Shown piece by piece: positions 48,232-56,153 of a stretch of 64,000 bases of DNA. The first letter of the stretch is position 1, and each line of letters begins with the position of its first letter. The notes beneath the pieces are model-generated. The model saw only the letters and a program-made list of their open reading frames with translations. It made no database searches and was not told the DNA's origin. A program made the position numbers and the translations under genes. Origin of the DNA: Eubacteriales bacterium (GTDB taxonomy: Bacteria > Bacillota > Clostridia > Oscillospirales > CAG-272); the NCBI GenBank assembly GCA_045643945.1, contig JAZRGA010000018.1:6774-70773 (forward strand), written 5' to 3'.

Positions 48232-49347
48232 TCATTTTACCGAAATCTCCTTAATAGAACCCACTTTCTCGTTTGCGGTTTCTCTTGCGCGCACATAAAG
48301 CGTTTCATTTCCGTTTGCCAACGGTGCGCCCGTGCTGTAAGGTGTCCAGCTCTCTGCATCTCTGCTATAAAGTATCTCCGAGCCAACCTCTGCTCCGTTT
48401 GACGCATAAACGAGAGCGCCCTTTTGGTACTCAACGTCTGCTATATCCACAACGGAAGGAGCTTTGCTCTCTATACCTACAAATTTAAGATTAAACTTAA
48501 GTGAGCCGCCGCTAAGAACTGTATTAGCCTCACGGTCGGAGCCCTCAACCCAAACGTAAACGGTAAGCTTCTGCTCGCCCGCATCTGAAAAGCTAAGCAA
48601 GGGCTTTGCCTCGTTTATGCTATTGTCGCTTGCAAGCACGTTATCGCCTACTGTAATCTTATTGGGGTCCCACTCGAGGTATTCATTACCTGCATTAACG
48701 GTTTCATCCACTACGTTAAGATATTTGTACTTTTCCTCAGCTTCACCGTCAAATTCAAAGCCGTTAACTCCGTTTTCATCAGACAAAAGCTGGAATTTCT
48801 CATTAGGAACCCAAATTGTCTTCAAGCCTTCTTCATCAAAGAAGCCTACGCGAGCCGCACCCGCTATCGCATCCTTGCTGAACATTTTATTGGCGTCGGT
48901 CTTATCCATATTAACGCCCTCTATGTAAGAGTCGCTATGAAGATAAACGTCAAGCCCCTTGCTTGCGCGGACCTTAAGATTTAACTTAAGGAAATATCCT
49001 TCCTTTTCGGTGACGTTATCATAAACGCCCTTGCCCTTTTCTCCAGTGAAAAGCTGATCGCCCTCGTCAAGAGAAATAGGATACCAAACAGTACCGTCGG
49101 GCGTTACCGAAACGTCGGGATACTGAACGGGGTCTGCAAGCTTCATATCGGTAACCCAATTATCCTCACCGTTGTCAATGCATATCTCAAGATATTCACC
49201 TGCAACGATTTTTGAGTTTTCCTCAGTTGTAATTGTTGCGCTCTGTTTAAAAACAAACCAAGCAAGAGTGCCAACAAGCGCCACACTAAGTATAACTATA
49301 TATAAAATTATTGATAGCTTTACGTATCTTTTAGTGTTTTCTTTCAT
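48232..49347 (-). CDS. TasA/camelysin-like secreted protein with extra C-terminal domain
   Basis: Start moved to the ATG at 49347 (MKENTKRY), preceded by a GAGGAG RBS; the track start at 49362 is a GTG. Signal LVGTLAWFVFKQSATITTEENSKIVAGEY. Motif VYVWVEGSDREANTVLSGGSLKFNLKF. Confidence 0.65.
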   Translation of the reverse strand: MKENTKRYVKLSIILYIVILSVALVGTLAWFVFKQSATITTEENSKIVAGEYLEICIDNGEDNWVTDMKLADPVQYPDVSVTPDGTVWYPISLDEGDQLFTGEKGKGVYDNVTEKEGYFLKLNLKVRASKGLDVYLHSDSYIEGVNMDKTDANKMFSKDAIAGAARVGFFDEEGLKTIWVPNEKFQLLSDENGVNGFEFDGEAEEKYKYLNVVDETVNAGNEYLEWDPNKITVGDNVLASDNSINEAKPLLSFSDAGEQKLTVYVWVEGSDREANTVLSGGSLKFNLKFVGIESKAPSVVDIADVEYQKGALVYASNGAEVGSEILYSRDAESWTPYSTGAPLANGNETLYVRARETANEKVGSIKEISVK

Positions 49348-49358
49348 AAAATCTCCTC

Positions 49359-50306
49359 TCACTCGTCAGCGCCGTCTGAAATAGCCTCGGGAAGGAACAT
49401 AAGCGTAGCAACTACCTCTTTATCAAGAAGCTCGTAATCGCACTCTCTGTCATTTCCGTCAAGCCATACCACGCAACGGAAATACTCCGTTCCTTCAAGC
49501 TCGCCTACAAGAACCTTATTTTGATTATTTACGTCTATCTGTCCCCAAGCGTATCTTACGTTATTAACGGTTTTAGTACCGTGCTCGGAGGTGATTTCGA
49601 TTTTTTCCTCCTTAACGGCATCGCCATCGGGATAAACAACGGTAAACTCACTGTCAAGCTCTCCCTCGCTCCCCTTTTTAGAGGTAACGTCGGGAAGCCA
49701 TACAAGGCAAAGCTCATATTCTTGAGTTTCCTCGTTCAATTTTAGCACGGCAACTCGAATAGCGCCCTCTAAAAATTCTGCGCCCTCGCCTACGGGCTTA
49801 ACACCCGAGCCGTTTACCAAATATACGTTATGCTTGCCGTTGATGCTAAGATTAAAATCCATAATCAGCACGTTATCGGCAACCGATTCGGTAGCAATCA
49901 CCTCGTCCTGCGTAGGCTCATACTCACCGCTCTTTACGGGTCTGTAAAGGTTAAATCCATCGCTATCGCCAACCTTTTGCTCTGCCCACAAGGGCTTGAA
50001 AAAGCTTGTTCCATTACCCGCGATAGAGTCTATCATACCCTTAGAGGTAAGTCCGCCCGCAACAAGGTTATTAGGGTCTGCAACATTAACCTTAACCTTT
50101 GCGCGCGCTTGATCTGCCACGGTAAACCAAGAATAAGTGAGTGAAATCATAATAAATATAATCGATATTATGAACATCACCTTAATCAGTGATTTTCGGG
50201 TAAATCTCCTTTTTTTCTTCGGAGCGTTGCTTTCGCTAACCTCTGCACCGACGGGCGCTTCGGAAATAGCAGACGCATCCTTCCTGATTTTATCGTTTTT
50301 CTTCAT
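49359..50306 (-). CDS. TasA/camelysin-like protein with a ~40-aa cytoplasmic N-terminal extension
   Basis: 315 aa. Signal FIMISLTYSWFTVADQARAKVKV. Motif VVWLDGNDRECDYELLDKEVVATLMF. Its ATG lies 2 nt after the stop of the upstream gene. Confidence 0.65.
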   Translation of the reverse strand: MKKNDKIRKDASAISEAPVGAEVSESNAPKKKRRFTRKSLIKVMFIISIIFIMISLTYSWFTVADQARAKVKVNVADPNNLVAGGLTSKGMIDSIAGNGTSFFKPLWAEQKVGDSDGFNLYRPVKSGEYEPTQDEVIATESVADNVLIMDFNLSINGKHNVYLVNGSGVKPVGEGAEFLEGAIRVAVLKLNEETQEYELCLVWLPDVTSKKGSEGELDSEFTVVYPDGDAVKEEKIEITSEHGTKTVNNVRYAWGQIDVNNQNKVLVGELEGTEYFRCVVWLDGNDRECDYELLDKEVVATLMFLPEAISDGADE

Positions 50307-50308
50307 GC

Positions 50309-51907
50309 TCAGTCACCCTTAGGCTCTCTGCGCACTGCGCGATAAATCTTCTTTTTGCCGTCGGTAGCGCCACTCAAAGCCGCAATTCTTGCCGCTCTGC
50401 GAGCCTCTAAGCGCTCTGCCTCACGCTCCGCAGCCTCTTTTTCTTCCTCAGCAATACGAGCCGCAACTCGTACCTCTGCCTCTGCCTCCTCACGCGCAAG
50501 TCTTTCCGACTCACGAATCTCGGCAGCTGCTTCCTCCTCGATTTGACGAGCCGCATCACGCTCCTCGGCAATAGCCTCGAACTTAGTGCGTACCTCGTTT
50601 TCAATTCTTGAGGTTTCCTTTTCCAAGAATTCGGTGCGTATGCGCTTAAGCTCTGCCTCATGCTCTGCCTTCTTACGCTCCTGCTCCTGCTTCTCGGCAA
50701 TTCTGTCGGCTCTCGTCTTTCTATGCTTTGCATCGATTGCCATTCTTGTATTTTCAAGTGTCATAGCACGGGAAAGCACAGACTCAACCTTTGCCGAATC
50801 ATCGTATTTATTTTTCTGAGCCTCCTCAGCTCTCTCAACGAAAATTCTCTTCACCTCATCAATTTCAAGGTCATAATTTTCGATGATCTTATCAATATCT
50901 TTTCTTACAATATTAGGAAGAATTTCCTTTCTGCGTGCCATATAATCGTCGTGCTCCTCGGTCCTACCCGAATTGTTCTTTGAAATAACGTACTGTAAAG
51001 CGATTACCGAAAGCATTTCATCAAGAAATTTATCGGTGGGAACTGCTTCACGCTCAACCTGACTTACGTTGTAGCCCTGATCCTCATATCTCTCTATGAA
51101 CATCCAAAGCTCAACGGCTTTTTTAAAGTCCTGATTTTTCGTAAGAACGTTAGTCATTGTAAGGGGAGGACGAACAAGCGCGCATCCCTCAAGCGTACGA
51201 ATAAGCTGAGAGCCCATAAAATCGTAAAGAATTCTGCGGATACGCTCAACTCTCTGCATTGAGCTAAGTGTTGAAACGTCTGCGTTTATCTTAAGGTCCT
51301 CGTCGGCTAAATCAACGTGGGGAGTCGTGTAAGAAAATTCAAGCTTATACGCTACTTGGTCCTTACCCATGTCAAAGCTTCCGTCAAGTCGCATTTCAAG
51401 CACGTCCTGCGCGCCCGTCTTAGCCATAAGAGCCTGCAAGCGCTTATCAAGGAAATACTGAAGCTTCTGCAAAAGCGTATAGATAAATCTATTTTCATAG
51501 GTTTCAAAGCTTTCCTCCTTGTGAATGTTAAGCATTCTCTGCGGAGTAACCTCGTCACCCTTAACGGTTGCTATCATATTGGTATGCTGCGCCAAGTGTC
51601 TTATACCCTCGGTCGTAACGTTTTTAACCATTTCGATAGGCAAAATTTCTTCTTCGTTCTTTATAAATCTTCTCGGGTTACGAATAATTGTATCAAGCGG
51701 AATTATCGTCTGCTCTATCATTTCAACCCAGTTAAGATCAACGTTTCTCTCTATGTACTTTTCATAAAGGTAGACGTTTCTCTCTCCGCTCTTTAGCGCA
51801 TTCATAAAGAACGCAAAGAAATCGTCGGTACGGAGCTCGCCCAAAAAGCCGTCGGTAAAACGATCGTACATCTTTTCTATTTTATTGTTAGTCATACGCT
51901 CAGACAT
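50309..51907 (-). CDS. McrC-like/DUF2357-like N-terminal domain fused to a long E/A/R-rich coiled coil; no nuclease motif seen
   Basis: 532 aa. SFETYENRFIYTLLQKLQYFL resembles McrC/DUF2357 N-terminal regions (weak, from memory). The last ~170 aa are heptad-like EAEAEVRVAARIAEEEKEAAEREAERLEARRAARIAAL. I found no PD-(D/E)xK pattern. Sits immediately downstream of the McrB-like gene. Confidence 0.45.
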   Translation of the reverse strand: MSERMTNNKIEKMYDRFTDGFLGELRTDDFFAFFMNALKSGERNVYLYEKYIERNVDLNWVEMIEQTIIPLDTIIRNPRRFIKNEEEILPIEMVKNVTTEGIRHLAQHTNMIATVKGDEVTPQRMLNIHKEESFETYENRFIYTLLQKLQYFLDKRLQALMAKTGAQDVLEMRLDGSFDMGKDQVAYKLEFSYTTPHVDLADEDLKINADVSTLSSMQRVERIRRILYDFMGSQLIRTLEGCALVRPPLTMTNVLTKNQDFKKAVELWMFIERYEDQGYNVSQVEREAVPTDKFLDEMLSVIALQYVISKNNSGRTEEHDDYMARRKEILPNIVRKDIDKIIENYDLEIDEVKRIFVERAEEAQKNKYDDSAKVESVLSRAMTLENTRMAIDAKHRKTRADRIAEKQEQERKKAEHEAELKRIRTEFLEKETSRIENEVRTKFEAIAEERDAARQIEEEAAAEIRESERLAREEAEAEVRVAARIAEEEKEAAEREAERLEARRAARIAALSGATDGKKKIYRAVRREPKGD

Positions 51908-51949
51908 ATAAGCTTACTCCTTTGTAAATCTTTTTATTTTAAAGCTAAA

Positions 51950-53485
51950 TTATACCAATCTCTTGAGTCTTCTCAAGTATTCCTTAGCTTCCTGCATATT
52001 TTCCTCTCCAAAGAGCTCGGAAAGGTAATCTATAAGTCCGTCAATTTCATCTCTGATGAACGCAAGGTTAAGAGCCTCGAACTTACGGAATATCTTGTTG
52101 GTAAGAACGTAGTCAAGACCGTCAACCTCTGTACCGCCGCAAGCAACGTATGCGGGAACGAAGTCACGAAGCTGCTTAACAATACGGTTACCGAATGCAA
52201 GACGGAAATGCTCGATTACGTAATCGTCAAGCTTTCCAATCTTTTCAAGCGACTCATCGCTAACCTTGTACTTTTCTCTTGCCTCGTTGAACATAGCCTC
52301 AAGGTGCTTATAAGAAAGATTGAGGTTTTCGGTGTAAGGCGCGTCGAACTTAATACCCTTAGTATTAATGTTTATCGGGATCGCACGGTCGTAAACCTTA
52401 TCGGAAATTGCGAAGGTCGAGTCGTCGTTGTTTGCCGTACCAACGTACCACATATTTTCGGGAAGCTTGAAGCGTCCGTCAAAAAGGTGCTTAGGGTCGG
52501 TGGGCCATCCCGAGGGAACGAGGTCAACTACCCATTCATCTCTCGAGGGCATTTCAAGAATTGAAAGCATTTCCGCAAAGTAATACTCTACTCGCGCGAT
52601 ATTCATTTCGTCGAGGATAGTGAGATATACCTTATCGGTGTAGGTCGATTCATACATACGCTTAAGAACCTCGGTTTCCGAGAAGCGCTTTGTAAATTCG
52701 TTAAAATAACCGAAAAGCTCGGAGCGGTCACGCCACGAGGGCTGTACCGATGCTATCTGCGTATCGTTCTGCAAGAACTTACCCCAAGCGTAAGGAAGTG
52801 AGGTCTTACCTGTACCCGAAATACCCTGAAGGATTATAAGACGGGTCGACGAGAATGCAGCAAGGAAAAGGCGGATAACTCTGGGCTCATAGTAAAGTCC
52901 CATACGCGAGCAAGCGTAGTTTCTGAACTGATCGCAGATTTCCTCAAGAGTAATCTCGTTATTAAACTCCTCTGCCTCGCGGTCGTATTCCTTATAGTCT
53001 TCATCTATCTTGGTAAGCTTATAGAAGCGGCTCTCGCCCTCCTTAAGAACGCTATCACTGTCATTCTCCTCAGTACCCTCACCCGTACCGTAGTTCGAGA
53101 AAGGAAGATCGGGAGCGCCCGCCTTTATAGCAAGTATCTTATCCTTTTCCTTGGTAAGACGGATAACCTGATTGTTAAGCTTGCCAACCTCCTCAAGAAG
53201 AGCAACCTGATTTTTAAGCTTATTTTTGTTATCGATTTTCTTTTTAATAAGAATAACCGCCAAAACTACTATTGCAACGAGTATAGCGACTAAAACGAGC
53301 AAGCAAAGGATAGCAAGTATCCAGCCTCCTACGCCAAATCCGCCGTTGTACGTTTCAACAAGCTCTGCGTAAGCGGGAATGTTTACGAGGTCAAACGCGC
53401 CTCCGAATACACCCGCGATAGCTTTCCAGAAGCCTCCAAAAAATTGTGCTAAAAGCTCATATAAGAATTTTACAAATGATTCCAT
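51950..53485 (-). CDS. Membrane-anchored McrB-like AAA+ (COG1401-type) NTPase
   Basis: 511 aa. TM helix WILAILCLLVLVAILVAIVVLAVILI followed by KKKIDNKNK and a coiled coil. Walker A ILQGISGTGKTS. Walker B plus McrB signature LTILDEMNIARVEYYFAEMLSILE. YVGTANNDDSTFAISDKVYDRA. Confidence 0.7.
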   Translation of the reverse strand: MESFVKFLYELLAQFFGGFWKAIAGVFGGAFDLVNIPAYAELVETYNGGFGVGGWILAILCLLVLVAILVAIVVLAVILIKKKIDNKNKLKNQVALLEEVGKLNNQVIRLTKEKDKILAIKAGAPDLPFSNYGTGEGTEENDSDSVLKEGESRFYKLTKIDEDYKEYDREAEEFNNEITLEEICDQFRNYACSRMGLYYEPRVIRLFLAAFSSTRLIILQGISGTGKTSLPYAWGKFLQNDTQIASVQPSWRDRSELFGYFNEFTKRFSETEVLKRMYESTYTDKVYLTILDEMNIARVEYYFAEMLSILEMPSRDEWVVDLVPSGWPTDPKHLFDGRFKLPENMWYVGTANNDDSTFAISDKVYDRAIPININTKGIKFDAPYTENLNLSYKHLEAMFNEAREKYKVSDESLEKIGKLDDYVIEHFRLAFGNRIVKQLRDFVPAYVACGGTEVDGLDYVLTNKIFRKFEALNLAFIRDEIDGLIDYLSELFGEENMQEAKEYLRRLKRLV

Positions 53486-53558
53486 TATATTGCCCTTTCT
53501 TGATTTGTAATTTTTATATATAATTAAGGTTTAAAGCCGTTAATTTCAAATTTAAGAT

Positions 53559-54272
53559 TTAAGATTTATTATTTTTACTGTCTGCATCATCGCTTTCCTT
53601 TTCCTGCGCCCTTTGCTTTGCAAGATATTCTGCGATAATTGCGTTCTTTTCCTCCTCGGATATCTCCGATTTGGCACTTTGCGTGCTCTTAATCTGCTCT
53701 GCCTGCTCGTCAAGCTCTGCTTGCTTGCTCTTAAAGAACAAAATTATAAGCTTGTACGCCTGCCAGCAAATAAATGACAGAAGCGGAATTACAAGAGTTA
53801 CTATAAAACCGAATGGGGTTTTAAGAAAGTCTATAAATTTTCCCAAAAAAGGTATTCTGAATTTGTAGACAGATTGAATATCGTCGCGCGATTTTACAAT
53901 ATCGTCCGACATTTTTTCGTTATCTCCCTGCGTTATGTAGCCCGGATCGGTATTCGGGTCGAGAATTTCAACAACACGGTGAGTAATAACTATCTGCTTT
54001 CCTTTAAAATAATCATAAAAGGAAATTATATCTCCCTCTTTGATTTCTGTGTTATCATCGATGAGTCTGCCAACAACAAAGTCACCCTTATTAATAGTTC
54101 CCTGCATCGAATTTGTTTGTACGCTTGAAAAGACGTAGCCGAAAACGCTTGGCTGACCGCCCGTTCTGTTTGCCGTTATGCTCGCTATGACAACAATGGT
54201 AGAAACTATAAAAACTATTACGATAAGGATATCGACAAATATCGAGCCTATCCTTTTCAAAACTTCCTTCAT
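53559..54272 (-). CDS. sipW: Signal peptidase I, SipW type, copy 2, with a long charged C-terminal tail
   Basis: Start moved to the ATG at 54272 (MKEVLKRIG), preceded by AGGAGA; the track start at 54311 is a TTG inside a hairpin. Catalytic SVQTNSMQGTINKGDFVV and VITHRVV. C-terminal TM plus the KSKQAELDEQAEQ... tail. Confidence 0.8.
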   Translation of the reverse strand: MKEVLKRIGSIFVDILIVIVFIVSTIVVIASITANRTGGQPSVFGYVFSSVQTNSMQGTINKGDFVVGRLIDDNTEIKEGDIISFYDYFKGKQIVITHRVVEILDPNTDPGYITQGDNEKMSDDIVKSRDDIQSVYKFRIPFLGKFIDFLKTPFGFIVTLVIPLLSFICWQAYKLIILFFKSKQAELDEQAEQIKSTQSAKSEISEEEKNAIIAEYLAKQRAQEKESDDADSKNNKS

Positions 54273-54289
54273 AATTTCTCCTTTTTTTC

Positions 54290-54314
54290 CACTTGGGCGC
54301 TTAGCGCCCAAGTG
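54290..54314 (-). other. GC-rich intercistronic stem-loop between the candidate major subunit gene and sipW copy 2
   Basis: Perfect 11-bp stem CACTTGGGCGC / GCGCCCAAGTG with a 3-nt loop. On the minus-strand transcript it is followed by GAAAAAAAGGAG, with no U-tract. Confidence 0.6.
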
Positions 54315-54353
54315 AAATCGTGTCTTTTTTAAATATCAAGGTTGCGAAAAATC

Positions 54354-55289
54354 TTATTCGCCTTCTACCGCTGCCTCGCCGCCGCTAATCTTTGTGAACA
54401 TGATATTTGCGGAATAAGGCTTACCGGAAATGTTGTTCTGACAGTCGGGATCCTGTCCCTCGAGCCATACATAAAGAGTGGTTCTGAGATAGCATCCTGC
54501 AGGAACTTCGATTATAACGTTGTTAGCGTCGGTCTTAAGCGCAGTGCTTGTAGACATATCGGTAAGCTGAGCGGGGCTACCCTCGTTAAAGCGGTTAACG
54601 TCAGTTCCTACCGAATTTACCGCAAAATACTTATAGGTATCTGTGTTAGACGCATTAGGATTAACGAAATTCTTGTATTCGTTGATACCCGTTTGAGTAT
54701 GCGAACCGGCATTGTTCTCGAATATCTGCACGTTTGCATTGTTCGTAGTTGTAGGATATGGTGTAACGGCGTTAAACTGCTCCTGAGTAATAGAACCGTG
54801 AGTTACGATTGCTACTCTTGCTGCAAGGTGTGTATTTCTTGCTTCGTCGGCGGGAACTATTTCTGTTCCTTTCAAAGAAATTCTAACGGGAGTGCTACCC
54901 GTGGAGTTATCAAAGTAAACGTCCTGCATTATGAAGTAGTTACCGGGGTCGGAAATTGCTTCAATATCAAGCGTTCTGTCTGTAGGTGAATCAAGGAAGC
55001 CGTTAAAGAACTTAAGCTTTCCGTTTTCATCAAGCTGACCTGCCGTTGATGCGGGGTTATAAACTGCATCTTGAGGCGGAGTAATGGTTATAGATGTACC
55101 AAAGTCGGAATAAGGCATTGTGGATACGTAAACACCACCGTCACGGGAAACTACTTCCATAGTAAGTCCGTTAACTTCAGCTTCATCCGATTTTGAAAAC
55201 CACGCGTAGGTTACGCCTGTAAGAGATACAACGCCCATAAGCATCATAGCTATTGTGCATATCATAGCTCTTCTTATCTGTTTCTTCAT
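54354..55289 (-). CDS. TasA/camelysin-like secreted protein, candidate major fibre subunit
   Basis: 311 aa. Signal MMLMGVVSLTGVTYAWFSKSDEAEVNGLTMEV. C-terminus LYVWLEGQDPDCQNNISGKPYSANIMFTKISG. It has the best RBS in the locus (AAGGAGGA), a 99-nt upstream spacer and a downstream stem-loop. Confidence 0.7.
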   Translation of the reverse strand: MKKQIRRAMICTIAMMLMGVVSLTGVTYAWFSKSDEAEVNGLTMEVVSRDGGVYVSTMPYSDFGTSITITPPQDAVYNPASTAGQLDENGKLKFFNGFLDSPTDRTLDIEAISDPGNYFIMQDVYFDNSTGSTPVRISLKGTEIVPADEARNTHLAARVAIVTHGSITQEQFNAVTPYPTTTNNANVQIFENNAGSHTQTGINEYKNFVNPNASNTDTYKYFAVNSVGTDVNRFNEGSPAQLTDMSTSTALKTDANNVIIEVPAGCYLRTTLYVWLEGQDPDCQNNISGKPYSANIMFTKISGGEAAVEGE

Positions 55290-55388
55290 TATTTTTCCTC
55301 CTTATTTTATTAATCATCATCATATACGGTTTTGTTGTGTTGTTTTAGTTTGTTTAGTTAAATTTACCTAAGCTTTTTGTTTTTGTTA

Positions 55389-56153
55389 TCAGGTTTCGGC
55401 GTCTTCGAGTGAAAACGTCAAAGACATTTTCACGTTGCCTCCCTTGATATCATCGACACACTCAGGATCATCGCCCTCCAACCAAACAACAACCGTATAT
55501 TTAATAATTTCTTCGGGATCTACGTCCTCCTCTACAACCGAGAATACCTTTCTGTTCTCGGCAAAGGGGGTCGTATTATATTCGGGCTCGCCATTCTTCG
55601 CAAGCTTTGCGTAAGTAGTATCGTTACCGTTGCGGTAAACTCTTACTCTTATTGCGTCCTCTGCACCGTAAAGCGCAGATTTTATATTAAGCTCAGAGCG
55701 TATATCAGCCGCCTCTGTGCCCGAATTCTTTAAATAAAAGGTATACGCAAGATAATTTTGACCGTTATGACGTCCGCCCTCCGACTCAAAGCTTTCGGGA
55801 AGATCAAGGACCGAAATATTTGTCATTTCGGCAATTCCGCCCGCATCAAGTCTTACGGTAGGACTCGAGAAATCGGCGCTCTCGGAAAGAGATATAGCCG
55901 CCTTATCCTCCTTGTCATCGCTTATAGCAACGGTAAATCCGCTCTTTTCGGCAAAGAGCATCGCCGCTCCGTAAAATATAAGCAATATAACGAGAAGCGT
56001 TGCCAGAACTATCTCGCAAATTCTGAACCACGGCTTTCTTCCCACCTCTCCGATGAAGTCCCAAGCCCTATCAAAGAAATTCTTCTTCGACTTAGGCGCT
56101 TTTGGAGCTTTTGGCTCTTTGGGAGTCTTTGGAGCTTTTTCTTTATTACTCAT
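55389..56153 (-). CDS. Membrane-anchored TasA-like paralog with a Lys/Pro-rich cytoplasmic N-terminus
   Basis: 254 aa. KAPKTPKEPKAPKAPKSKK, then TM ICEIVLATLLVILLIFYGAAMLFAEKSG. C-terminus VVVWLEGDDPECVDDIKGGNVKMSLTFSLED. Overlaps the upstream gene by 8 nt. Confidence 0.6.
   Translation of the reverse strand: MSNKEKAPKTPKEPKAPKAPKSKKNFFDRAWDFIGEVGRKPWFRICEIVLATLLVILLIFYGAAMLFAEKSGFTVAISDDKEDKAAISLSESADFSSPTVRLDAGGIAEMTNISVLDLPESFESEGGRHNGQNYLAYTFYLKNSGTEAADIRSELNIKSALYGAEDAIRVRVYRNGNDTTYAKLAKNGEPEYNTTPFAENRKVFSVVEEDVDPEEIIKYTVVVWLEGDDPECVDDIKGGNVKMSLTFSLEDAET

Noticed and set aside
50355-50983. Several 60-116-aa ORFs on both strands within the coiled-coil region of the McrC-like gene
   Set aside because: The GAA/GCA/CGC-rich repetitive coding sequence stays open in multiple frames. 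Only the 532-aa frame has a start with operon context and a non-repetitive N-terminal domain.
50309-53485. Reading the McrB-like/McrC-like pair as an ordinary type IV restriction system
   Set aside because: I did not adopt this as the primary call. The NTPase has an N-terminal TM anchor, the partner shows no nuclease motif, and both genes are translationally packed between SipW-substrate genes. It is kept as the alternative hypothesis in the findings.
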